Origin: Lachnospiraceae bacterium 46-15
Lineage (GTDB): Bacteria > Bacillota > Clostridia > Lachnospirales > Lachnospiraceae
Direction: 5' to 3'
DNA length: 32,000 nt
NCBI GenBank assembly: GCA_041223665.1
Contig: JBCLQO010000006.1
Coordinates: 35,365 to 67,364, forward strand
A model generated the notes under the pieces. The model had not been told where the DNA came from, ran no database searches, and saw only the letters and a list, made by a program, of their open reading frames with translations. Numbering within the stretch: position 1 is the first letter of the stretch; each line of letters opens with the position of its first letter. Both the position numbers and the translations under genes were made by a program. This document shows, piece after piece, positions 24,479-32,000 of this stretch.

Positions 24479-24507
24479 AACCTAACACATCACGCCCGGG
24501 ATGTCAA
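24479..24507 (-). promoter_or_regulatory. Promoter candidate for the T-box/metG operon
   Basis: Minus strand reads TTGACA (24507-24502), a 17-nt spacer, then TAGGTT (24484-24479), with an upstream TG in the extended -10 position. Confidence 0.5.
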
Positions 24508-24588
24508 GGAGGGTTTCGCAGTTCTTTTAAACTGCTATAACTATCCCAGACAAACCGCAATTTGGCAATCGAACTTTCCTCTAGTCCT

Positions 24589-26937
24589 TCACCCGCTGCG
24601 TCCTTCCCAGAACCGCCGCATCGCTTCCGCAGCATTTTCCTGGGTACAGTACCGATAGTCCGCCCATTCCCGTGGAAACAGTTCGAGATACTGCCGTCCG
24701 GCAAAACGCTCGTCCAGCAGAAGAATGACTCCCTCATCTTCGTCGGTGCGTATCACCCGCCCCGCAGACTGCAGAACCTTGTTCATGCCAGGATATAAAT
24801 AGGCATAGGCAAAGCCGTCCTGCCCCCGCCCGGCATAATAATTTTTTAGAATCTCCCGCTCATTGCACACCTGGGGCAGCCCTGTACCGATGATAGCCGC
24901 ACCAATCAGACGGTCATGCTTTAAGTCGATACCCTCGCCAAAAATGCCTCCCATCACACAGAATCCCACCAGGCTCTTTTCCCTGTCACAAGCAAAAGCC
25001 TCTAAAAATTCCTCTTTCTCAGCTTCTTTCATCCCGCTGCTCTGAATCAGAACCTCAGCTTCTCCCTGATTCAGCTCTCTGAAACATTCTGCTACATCTT
25101 GCATCATCTTATAGGATGGAAAAAATGCCAGGTAATTCCCTTTCCTCTGCTGTATCATCGTCCAGATGTATTCCGCCATCCTCCGGTACTCCGCATATCC
25201 CCGCCTGGTATAACGGCTGCTCACATCCGTACCAACCAGAAGCAGTTTTTTCTCCGGCCGGAACACGGATTTAGCATACATGGTGTACGGCTCTCTGTCC
25301 TCCCCCAACAGGCTGATATAATACTTCACCGGAAGTAACGTAGCAGAAAAGAACACGGCGCTCCTGCCTTTGTTCAGGCATTCCTGAAGGTTTGCAGATG
25401 GGTCTACGCAAAAAAGCTTCACCATAAAACGCCCGTCGGAAAGCATCTCCGTATAAATCACATAATGCTCATCCAGCCTTTCACACACGTCCAAAAAAGT
25501 ACGCACTGCAAAATACAGTTCCAGCATCTTTTCCCTGACTTCCCCCTGGGATGCATCCTCCAGAAAGTTTTCCATCTCCCCTGCTAAGCTCATTAACGCA
25601 GCAGAAAATACTGTGACATCCGGCAGTAAACGGTAAGAAGGACACTCCCGCTTCCATTCCAGCATTTTTCGATTGCACTGTTCTAGGAGCCGCTCCAATT
25701 TCCGGCTGTAAGGTTTCACCGCCCGCTTGACCTCCAGGAAATCTTCTTTCACCAGCACGGCGCTGAACATTTCTCTCCCCCGCTCCACCAAATTATGAGC
25801 CTCATCTATGAGAAAAAGATAACTCCCTTTTACATTTTCCCCGAAAAACCGTTTGAGGTGTGCCCTGGGATCAAACACGTAATTATAATCACAGATAACC
25901 GCATCCACCCATAGAGATACATCCAGCGATAACTCAAAGGGGCACACCTGCCATTTCTCGCCCTGCCGAACAAGCGCCTCCCTGGAAAAATCCTCCTGAG
26001 TTGTCACCATGTCATAAACCGCATCATTAATCCTGTCAAAATGCCCTTTGGCATAGGGACATGCCTCCGGGTTGCACTCCATCTCTTCACATCCGCAGAT
26101 TTTTTCTTTGGCTGTGAGCGTCACTACTTTATAGGATAGCCCACGGGCTTTCAATAGTGAAAATGCTTCCTCTGCAACTGTTCGGGTAATTGTCTTTGCC
26201 GTTAAATAAAAAACCTTTTCTCCAAGCCCCTCTCCTACGGCTTTCACTGCCGGAAAAATCGTGGAAATCGTTTTCCCCACTCCGGTAGGCGCCTGGAGAA
26301 ATAAAGTCTTTTTCCGGAAAATTGTCCGGTAGATGCCTGCTGCCAGCTCCTTCTGTCCCTCCCGATAGGCAAACGGAAATTCCATTTGCTTTATAGACGC
26401 GGTACGTTCCTTCTTCCAGCCTATCTGGTATTCGCACCATTTCTTATACGCTTCTATCAACCCGTCAAACCACGCCTCCAGCTCCTGAAAACTAAAATCC
26501 GTCCGAAAGCGCTTCACATCTTCTGTCTCCAGATTACAGTAAGTCATCTGCACACAAACCTGCCCCAATTCCTTCTGCAGCCCATAGATATATGCATAGC
26601 ATTTCGCCTGTGCCTGATGTACAGGGACAGGCTCCTCCACCAGCGCCAAATCCCGGTAAACGCCCTTGATTTCATCCACCAGCACTCCCCTGCTGTTCGT
26701 CTGTATTCCATCCGCACGCCCCTCAAGCACAATGGCATACGTTCCACAGTCTATCCTATGGCGCAGTGACACTTCTGCCGCATAATCCGCCCCCATCTGC
26801 CCTTGGATTTTCCGGTGAAGGCGGCTTCCAATCTGCATAGCCTCTTTATCCGCCATCGTTCCCTTTCGATTGTCAATGTCCCCGCTCTGCAAAATAAATT
26901 CCACCAGATTTCGGACGGATATCCTGATTTCTTCCAT
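24589..26937 (-). CDS. XPD/DinG (Rad3)-family Fe-S DNA helicase with an N-terminal PD-(D/E)xK-like nuclease domain
   Basis: Walker A is QAPTGVGKT and the DEAH box is LIDEAHN. The four-Cys cluster is CGCEEMECNPEACPYAKGHF. The C-terminal motif is QSAGRVIRT. The N-terminal region reads ...EGRADGI...LVDEIKG. I prefer the start at Met12 (ATG 26937, GGAAAGAG RBS), because the track ATG at 26970 overlaps a TATAAT box (26974-26969) and has no RBS. Confidence 0.85.
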   Translation of the reverse strand: MEEIRISVRNLVEFILQSGDIDNRKGTMADKEAMQIGSRLHRKIQGQMGADYAAEVSLRHRIDCGTYAIVLEGRADGIQTNSRGVLVDEIKGVYRDLALVEEPVPVHQAQAKCYAYIYGLQKELGQVCVQMTYCNLETEDVKRFRTDFSFQELEAWFDGLIEAYKKWCEYQIGWKKERTASIKQMEFPFAYREGQKELAAGIYRTIFRKKTLFLQAPTGVGKTISTIFPAVKAVGEGLGEKVFYLTAKTITRTVAEEAFSLLKARGLSYKVVTLTAKEKICGCEEMECNPEACPYAKGHFDRINDAVYDMVTTQEDFSREALVRQGEKWQVCPFELSLDVSLWVDAVICDYNYVFDPRAHLKRFFGENVKGSYLFLIDEAHNLVERGREMFSAVLVKEDFLEVKRAVKPYSRKLERLLEQCNRKMLEWKRECPSYRLLPDVTVFSAALMSLAGEMENFLEDASQGEVREKMLELYFAVRTFLDVCERLDEHYVIYTEMLSDGRFMVKLFCVDPSANLQECLNKGRSAVFFSATLLPVKYYISLLGEDREPYTMYAKSVFRPEKKLLLVGTDVSSRYTRRGYAEYRRMAEYIWTMIQQRKGNYLAFFPSYKMMQDVAECFRELNQGEAEVLIQSSGMKEAEKEEFLEAFACDREKSLVGFCVMGGIFGEGIDLKHDRLIGAAIIGTGLPQVCNEREILKNYYAGRGQDGFAYAYLYPGMNKVLQSAGRVIRTDEDEGVILLLDERFAGRQYLELFPREWADYRYCTQENAAEAMRRFWEGRSG

Positions 26938-26974
26938 GGCTGCTCTTTCCTTGCTATTTGTTTCTTTCATTATA

Positions 26975-27016
26975 ATACAAAAACGGCCTGCCCGTAAACA
27001 CTTACAGACTGGCCGT
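26975..27016 (-). terminator. Terminator candidate after the HPr-like gene
   Basis: Minus strand reads ACGGCC...GGCCGT around an imperfect inner stem, followed by TTTTTGTATT. Confidence 0.45.
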
Positions 27017-27070
27017 TCCGCTAAAAACTTGAGTAGTTACTATTCACTCCATTCATACGACGGTATTCCG

Positions 27071-27313
27071 TTACGCTGTCGCATATTTGCTTAATACATT
27101 CTCAAACTGCATATTCTCTCCGCCGTATTTTACTGTCAGCGCGCGCGTTAAATCCAGGCTCAAAACACCCAGCATAGATTTGGCATCAATAATGATCCTG
27201 TTGCTATTATAAGAAACATCAATGTCAAAGTCACAATTCCCGGCAGCATTGACGAACTCTTTCACCTCTTCCAACTCGGTAAGCTTAATCTTCTTCTCTG
27301 TTCTCTCTGACAT
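27071..27313 (-). CDS. HPr-family (PTS phosphocarrier-like) small protein lacking an obvious His15 site
   Basis: 80 aa. The IIDAKSMLGVLSLDL core resembles the HPr Ser46 region (DAKSIMGVMSLG). No histidine occurs in the N-terminal loop. AAAGGGTG RBS upstream. Confidence 0.65.
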   Translation of the reverse strand: MSERTEKKIKLTELEEVKEFVNAAGNCDFDIDVSYNSNRIIIDAKSMLGVLSLDLTRALTVKYGGENMQFENVLSKYATA

Positions 27314-27411
27314 AGTTATTCACCCTTTCTTTCTTAAACCGAAATTCTCTTCAGCTGCCCGGTTCCGAAATCCCTGCACGTGCCAGACAGCTTCCGCATT
27401 TCTTGCCAGAC

Positions 27412-27440
27412 ATTATGCCACTGGGATTTCTATTTGTCAA
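27412..27440 (-). promoter_or_regulatory. Promoter candidate for the HPr-like gene
   Basis: Minus strand reads TTGACA (27440-27435), a 17-nt spacer, then CATAAT (27417-27412). This leaves a leader of about 95 nt. Confidence 0.4.
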
Positions 27441-27599
27441 TCCTTTTCTATCCTGGTTTGTCCCAGTGCATCCAGGCATTTTATCGGCTTTTTTCATGAT
27501 TTTTTCCAAAATATTTTCCCCATTTTGTGTGAATTTATTCCAATAATTTTTCCAAATCTCGGTACTGCTTTGAAATTCCGTAAAAAACTTCTTTCCATT

Positions 27600-28370
27600 T
27601 TATCGCATTTCTGTCATAAATTCACGGAATTTCAGCGGCAGGAACTGGCGCTGCAGATTCAGGTTCTTCCTTTCCTCTATCGCAATCGAACGGCAGAATC
27701 CTTTCCAAAGCTGCTCGATTTCCTTCTCTTTCTCTGATATTTGCCCTGCTTTCTCCCAATCCGGCTCTTCCCCAACGACCAGCACCCACTGTTTATACGC
27801 CTCATGTGCCAGAAATATCCGGTGAGTCCTGTCATATACCAAAAAATGCTCGCCAGGGAACCTGTCCGAAAAATGTTCGCCAATCAACGGAAGGATATGA
27901 TTCTCCGGACGGATTTCTGAAAACAATACGCCGTTCTCCAGCTCCCGGAAGCGCAAAAACTGAAAGTAACGATGTGCTTCATTCCCTGTAGTACGGGAAA
28001 GTTCAAATACCCGGCACACGGCAGGGTTCTGAAGATTCTGCATAATCGCCCCCTGCCTTCCCCCAGAAAGCCCTGCTGCCACCGTCCGGTAAATACTATC
28101 CGCCTTTTCCCGGTTTCGCGACAGGGCAGCACAGTAAATATGGTAATAATCTTCATCCCCCAGCTTTCTCCGAAGGGCAGCTGCCACCTTCCCAGCCTTT
28201 TCACCGTCTGGTTCTACCTCAAGGTAGCGCGCAAAGAGCTCATAGTTCATATCTTCCTTCAAAGCCAGCTTCACATTCCCATGCCCCAGCCTGCTGGCCC
28301 ACGCATCATATACTCCAGTAAAAATCCCGTCCGTACTATCCTCGCACAAAAAAATCGTTTTTTCTCTCAT
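27600..28370 (-). CDS. DUF4130/TIGR03915-type putative DNA-repair (DNA metabolism) protein, partner of the radical SAM gene
   Basis: 256 aa, starting MREKTIFLCEDSTDGIFTGVYDAW..., which matches my recollection of this family's N-terminus. The ATG at 28370 directly abuts the upstream stop codon at 28371-28373. Confidence 0.75.
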   Translation of the reverse strand: MREKTIFLCEDSTDGIFTGVYDAWASRLGHGNVKLALKEDMNYELFARYLEVEPDGEKAGKVAAALRRKLGDEDYYHIYCAALSRNREKADSIYRTVAAGLSGGRQGAIMQNLQNPAVCRVFELSRTTGNEAHRYFQFLRFRELENGVLFSEIRPENHILPLIGEHFSDRFPGEHFLVYDRTHRIFLAHEAYKQWVLVVGEEPDWEKAGQISEKEKEIEQLWKGFCRSIAIEERKNLNLQRQFLPLKFREFMTEMR

Positions 28371-29663
28371 CTATCTCGCCACCCCGCAGTCGTCAAACAG
28401 ATTCAACTGATGATAATGCTCCAAATCGAACGGAAGTCTCTCTTTCACACTCAGCAGATTCCTCATGATATAATCTTCCTCGATTTTCACCGGATACATC
28501 ATTCTTCCCCCGCAGGTGATAAAATACAATGCCCGTTTCAGCACAACGCCCATTTTCTTCAAATCTCCAAAACTTAATGCGCCATACCGCCGCGCCTTTA
28601 CAATCCTCTGTGCCGACTTCACGCCGATTCCCGGAACCCGCAGCAGCGTCTGATAGGGCGCCCGGGTCACTTCCACCGGAAACTGCTCCAGATGCGAAAG
28701 CGCCCAATCACATTTCGGATCCAGAAAAACATTGAAATTCGGACGCTCCGCACTCAGCAGCTCTGATGCCTGAAAACCATAAAACCGCATCAGCCAGTCT
28801 GCCTGGTATAGCCGGTGCTCCCGCAGAAGCGGTGGCCCTCCCGGAAGCGCAGGAAGTTCCGAATCCTCATTCACCTGGACAAACGCCGAATAAAATACAC
28901 GTTTCAGCTGAAATTTCTGATACAAAGACTCTGCCACCGATACGATTTCAAAGTCATTCTCCGGTGTCGCCCCAATAATCATCTGAGTGCTCTGCCCCGC
29001 CGGAACAAACCGGGGCGCCTGCCTGTACACCATCAGTTCCTGCCTATTCTGCTCCATCCGGTTCTGTATCTGGCGCATAGGCGTCAAAATCGTGCGGCGG
29101 CTCTTGTGAGGAGCCAGCTTTTTCAAGCTCTCAGAAGTAGGCAGCTCCAGGTTAATACTCATACGGTCTGCCAAAAGCCCCGTCCTGTCAATAAGTTCCT
29201 GGGGTGCTCCCGGAATCGCTTTTACATGGATATATCCCTGGAACTGGCACTCATTCCTCAGCTTATACAATGTCTGATACAAAAGCTCCATGGTATACGT
29301 AGGATTATGCAGAATCCCCGAACTTAAAAACAGACCTTCTATATAATTACGCCTATAAAACTCCATCGTGAGCGTACAGACCTCATCCGGCGTAAAAGAA
29401 GTCCTGGGCACATCATTTGAGCAGCGGTTAATACAATATTTACAGTCAAACACACACTCATTCGTAAACAGAATCTTCAGCAGGGAAATGCATCTGCCGT
29501 CCGCCGAAAAGCTGTGGCAGATGCCCTTTGACAGAGTATTTCCCATATGCTTCCCGTCTCCCTTCCTGTCTACGCCGCTGGAAGTACACGCCACATCATA
29601 TTTCGCCGCGTCCGAAAGAATATCCAGCTTTTCATAAATACTCATCTCTTCCTGTATCTTCAT
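28371..29663 (-). CDS. Putative DNA modification/repair radical SAM protein (TIGR03916-type) with a C-terminal helix-hairpin-helix
   Basis: LDILSDAAKYDVACTSSG at the N-terminus. The radical SAM motif is CVFDCKYC. The HhH element is LLRVPGIGVKSAQRIVKARR. GGAAGGTG lies 6 nt upstream of the ATG at 29663. Confidence 0.88.
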   Translation of the reverse strand: MKIQEEMSIYEKLDILSDAAKYDVACTSSGVDRKGDGKHMGNTLSKGICHSFSADGRCISLLKILFTNECVFDCKYCINRCSNDVPRTSFTPDEVCTLTMEFYRRNYIEGLFLSSGILHNPTYTMELLYQTLYKLRNECQFQGYIHVKAIPGAPQELIDRTGLLADRMSINLELPTSESLKKLAPHKSRRTILTPMRQIQNRMEQNRQELMVYRQAPRFVPAGQSTQMIIGATPENDFEIVSVAESLYQKFQLKRVFYSAFVQVNEDSELPALPGGPPLLREHRLYQADWLMRFYGFQASELLSAERPNFNVFLDPKCDWALSHLEQFPVEVTRAPYQTLLRVPGIGVKSAQRIVKARRYGALSFGDLKKMGVVLKRALYFITCGGRMMYPVKIEEDYIMRNLLSVKERLPFDLEHYHQLNLFDDCGVAR

Positions 29664-29679
29664 ACGTTACACCTTCCAA

Positions 29680-29751
29680 AGAACACTCGTTTGTGCTCTT
29701 ATTGTAACATATGTTCGAATAGAATGCAAGATATTTGCGAACAAAAGTTTG
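29680..29751. promoter_or_regulatory. Three Cheo-box-like (Gram-positive LexA) sites
   Basis: The three sites are aGAACactcGTTtG (29680-29693), gtAACATATGTTCG (29704-29717, 12 of 14 to CGAACATATGTTCG) and CGAACaaaaGTTtG (29738-29751). The middle site lies in the spacer of the promoter at 29701-29729. Confidence 0.6.
29701..29729 (-). promoter_or_regulatory. Promoter candidate for the radical SAM/DUF4130 operon
   Basis: Minus strand reads TTGCAT (29729-29724), a 17-nt spacer, then TACAAT (29706-29701). Confidence 0.55.
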
Positions 29752-29784
29752 TCAATTCCTTCAAACATCAAACCTGCACTTCAC

Positions 29785-30933
29785 TTAATATCCAAATACC
29801 GCTTTTGCTGCCCCTATATTTTCTATAACAGGCACCCCAAATGGGCAGCGTTTTTCACAAGCTCCACACCCGATACAATCTTCTGCATGGGCAGACAGCG
29901 CTGCATAATGTTCCCTCACCGTTTCTGGTACTTCCCCTTGTGCTTTGCATAGATTTAGAAACTTCGTCACAGACGCCACTTCAATTTCTTTCGGACACGG
30001 TGCACAGTGTCCGCAGTACATACAGTGCCCTTGCCAGCTAATCTTGGGAAATGTGGCAAATACGGATGCATAATCCTTCTCCTCTGGCGATGCATTTTCG
30101 TAGGCAAGGGCTGCCTGAAGCTGCTCTTTAGAACGAACTCCTGCAAATACCACCGCTGCTGCCGGTCTTGTCAGCGCATAATGGATACACTGCACGGCCG
30201 TCATCGCCCTTCCTGCCGGAGAATATTCAGCAGAAAGCAAATCTCCTCCCCCGAAAGCTTTCATCACCGTAATACCGACCCCCATGCGCTGGCAGGTTTC
30301 ATAGAGCTCTTCCCGCTTTGGCTCCAGATTGAACAACGGCTTTGCATAACTTTCCTCTGCCCACAGCTTTTCTACATCTTCATCGCCCGGAAGCAAATCA
30401 TAGCAGGGATTGATGCTGAACATCAGTACTTCAATTAATCCGCTCTTTACCGCCTCCAGGGAAACATCTGGATTATGGCTGCTCATGCCGATATGATGGA
30501 TACGCCCCTGGGCCTTCAGTTCCTGCGCATACTCCATAATCCCGCCGTTTACGATTTCCTCCCATGTTTTCATAGAGTCCACATAATGAACCATGCCGAT
30601 ATCCAGATAATCTGTATCAAGATTTTTAAGCTGTGCCTCAAACGCCTTTTTTACCTCTTCCAGCTTACGGGTTGCACGGTACTGTCCGTCTTTCCACTCT
30701 GTACAGAGATGAGCCTGCAGGACAAACTCTCCCCTTCTCTCATGGATTGCCTGACCGACACGCTGCTGCAAATCAGGATTCGGACTGTACAAATCCATAC
30801 AATTCACACCCTGCCCAAATGCAATCCTAAACATTTCGTCCGTAAATTCTTGCGTTTTTCCTAAAAATCCCTCACATCCGAACCCAATTTCACTAACCTT
30901 CAGCCCTGTTTTTCCAAGCGCCCTGTAATTCAT
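29785..30933 (-). CDS. Aldo/keto reductase with a C-terminal 4Fe-4S ferredoxin-type domain
   Basis: MNYRALGKTGLKVSEIGFGC... is an AKR N-terminus. The C-terminal cysteine clusters are CMYCGHCAPCP and CIGCGACEKRCP. Confidence 0.88.
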   Translation of the reverse strand: MNYRALGKTGLKVSEIGFGCEGFLGKTQEFTDEMFRIAFGQGVNCMDLYSPNPDLQQRVGQAIHERRGEFVLQAHLCTEWKDGQYRATRKLEEVKKAFEAQLKNLDTDYLDIGMVHYVDSMKTWEEIVNGGIMEYAQELKAQGRIHHIGMSSHNPDVSLEAVKSGLIEVLMFSINPCYDLLPGDEDVEKLWAEESYAKPLFNLEPKREELYETCQRMGVGITVMKAFGGGDLLSAEYSPAGRAMTAVQCIHYALTRPAAAVVFAGVRSKEQLQAALAYENASPEEKDYASVFATFPKISWQGHCMYCGHCAPCPKEIEVASVTKFLNLCKAQGEVPETVREHYAALSAHAEDCIGCGACEKRCPFGVPVIENIGAAKAVFGY

Positions 30934-30960
30934 GTTCCTATCCCCTTTCGCCTGCTTAAG

Positions 30961-31464
30961 TTATGACTTAAATTCAAGCCATATACACTTCCAGTCCTCA
31001 CCCAATATATGATATATTTCCGCTTTTTCCGGTTCTGCTTCCTGAAATCCAACAGCTTTGTAACAATGATATGCCGGCGCATTGTTCTCAAAAACCCCCA
31101 GAGTGATTTTCCTGGCTTCCAAAACCTCATACGCATACTGCACTGCCAGTTTCAACATCTGCTTTCCATAGCCTTTCCCCCTTTTGCTGCTGTCCACGAT
31201 GATAAATCCAAAATGGACTGCCCTCTTTTCCCTATCCAAAAACCGCATGGTAAGATGTCCTGCCGCCCCATCCTCATCAACGGCTGTCAGTGCATACAGA
31301 TTATCCTCCTGTGCGTATTTCTCGTAATATTCATTCATATCTGCAGCAGCAATGGGATATTTTTCATATCTGTCTGCACACCATTGACGAAATGACACCT
31401 CATCTTTTATCCATCCTACAATATGCTCTGCATCCCTTGCCTCATATGTCCTCAACCGTAACAT
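30961..31464 (-). CDS. GNAT-family N-acetyltransferase
   Basis: ...FGFIIVDSSKRGKGYGKQMLKLAV.YA is the acetyl-CoA-binding motif A (R/Q-x-x-G-x-G/A). I moved the start to Met14 (ATG 31464) because GGAGGTACGTT lies upstream. Confidence 0.8.
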   Translation of the reverse strand: MLRLRTYEARDAEHIVGWIKDEVSFRQWCADRYEKYPIAAADMNEYYEKYAQEDNLYALTAVDEDGAAGHLTMRFLDREKRAVHFGFIIVDSSKRGKGYGKQMLKLAVQYAYEVLEARKITLGVFENNAPAYHCYKAVGFQEAEPEKAEIYHILGEDWKCIWLEFKS

Positions 31465-31514
31465 AACGTACCTCCGTTTTTTGTATTCTATCATGCCAGC
31501 CAAATTTCCTCAGA

Positions 31515-32000
31515 TTATCCCTGCTGCCTATGCAAATGAACCACAACATATTCGCATTTCCCCTGCGTCCGAACGGGAAATCCCCATCCAGTAGTTCCCG
31601 AAGAAACGATTACCCTGCATCCTCCCTCCTGGTACTCCCCATAGTTCATCCCTCCGAACCATTCTGTAAAATATCCTATCGGAAATATCTGCCCCGCATG
31701 TGTATGTCCTGACAGCTCCAAATCCACGCCCTCTGCCGCATTTTCCTCTGCTTCCACAGGCTGATGGTCTGCCACAATAATAAACCGGCTCCTATCTATG
31801 TCTTTTAATAAATCTTTTGAGGAAGCACGTCCTGACGGACTGGCCACGTCCTCTCTCCCCGCCAGCGCCACATCCGTTCCGATGGCATTCCACTGGTCGC
31901 ACAGAATTGTGATTCCGTTCGATTCTATTGCATGCGCCAGTTCCTTCTCCGTATACGCCCTTGGCCGCGAAGCTGTGTCCCTGTATCTCTGGCGGTCATG
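31515..32000 (-). CDS. Metallophosphoesterase (calcineurin-like), C-terminal part; the CDS continues past the right window edge
   Basis: The GHTHAGQ motif is present. The frame stays open from 31871 up to base 32000: HDRQRYRDTASRPRAYTEKELAHAIESNGITILCDQWNAIGTDVALAG... The track 'start' at 31871 is therefore an internal GTG. Confidence 0.8.
   Translation of the reverse strand, partial: HDRQRYRDTASRPRAYTEKELAHAIESNGITILCDQWNAIGTDVALAGREDVASPSGRASSKDLLKDIDRSRFIIVADHQPVEAEENAAEGVDLELSGHTHAGQIFPIGYFTEWFGGMNYGEYQEGGCRVIVSSGTTGWGFPVRTQGKCEYVVVHLHRQQG

Noticed and set aside
27361-27510. A 49-codon minus-strand ORF, MKKADKMPGCTGTNQDRKGLTNRNPSGIMSGKKCGSCLARAGISEPGS. It is Cys-containing and lies downstream of a radical SAM gene, so I considered a RiPP precursor.
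   Set aside because: The RBS is weak. A good TTGACA-17-CATAAT promoter candidate lies inside it. The adjacent radical SAM is the DNA-repair (TIGR03916-like, HhH-containing) type, not a peptide maturase.
1-32000. CRISPR arrays, rRNA genes and large tandem repeats.
   Set aside because: I saw no regularly spaced direct repeats and no rRNA-like segments. The only repeated coding modules are the diverged FIVAR units in the surface protein.

Overview
The window looks like a Firmicutes/Clostridia-type chromosome segment. Supporting signs are a T-box leader, Cheo-type LexA boxes, a reverse rubrerythrin and AGGAGG-type ribosome-binding sites. Almost all genes are on the minus strand.

Gene order from left to right:
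- purL, N-terminal part, running off the left edge
- a 1823-aa secreted lectin/FIVAR/BspA-LRR surface protein
- tRNA-Trp
- coaX and an ECF S-component
- a low-GC islet of about 4.5 kb (about 8.4-13.0 kb) carrying a translationally coupled pair: an unknown 955-aa protein followed by a 407-aa SIR2-like protein
- the alpha ribosomal operon, rpmJ-rpsM-rpsK-rpsD-rpoA-rplQ
- a probable PPi-dependent PFK
- trxB, divergent from a PerR-like regulator and a reverse rubrerythrin
- metG, behind a Met-specific T-box, then tatD and rsmA
- an XPD/DinG-type Fe-S helicase with an N-terminal nuclease-like domain
- an HPr-like gene
- a radical-SAM/DUF4130 DNA-repair pair behind LexA boxes
- an aldo/keto reductase with a ferredoxin tail, a GNAT acetyltransferase and a metallophosphoesterase running off the right edge

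The main lead is the SIR2 operon wedged between rplQ and the ECF S-component. Its architecture does not match any SIR2 defence system I can name (Thoeris, DSR1/2, SIR2-HerA, SPARSA, Avs5). Its partner protein has no P-loop and carries an HExxH motif.

All family calls come from reading motifs by eye. No database search was run. Promoter and terminator calls are consensus matches only.
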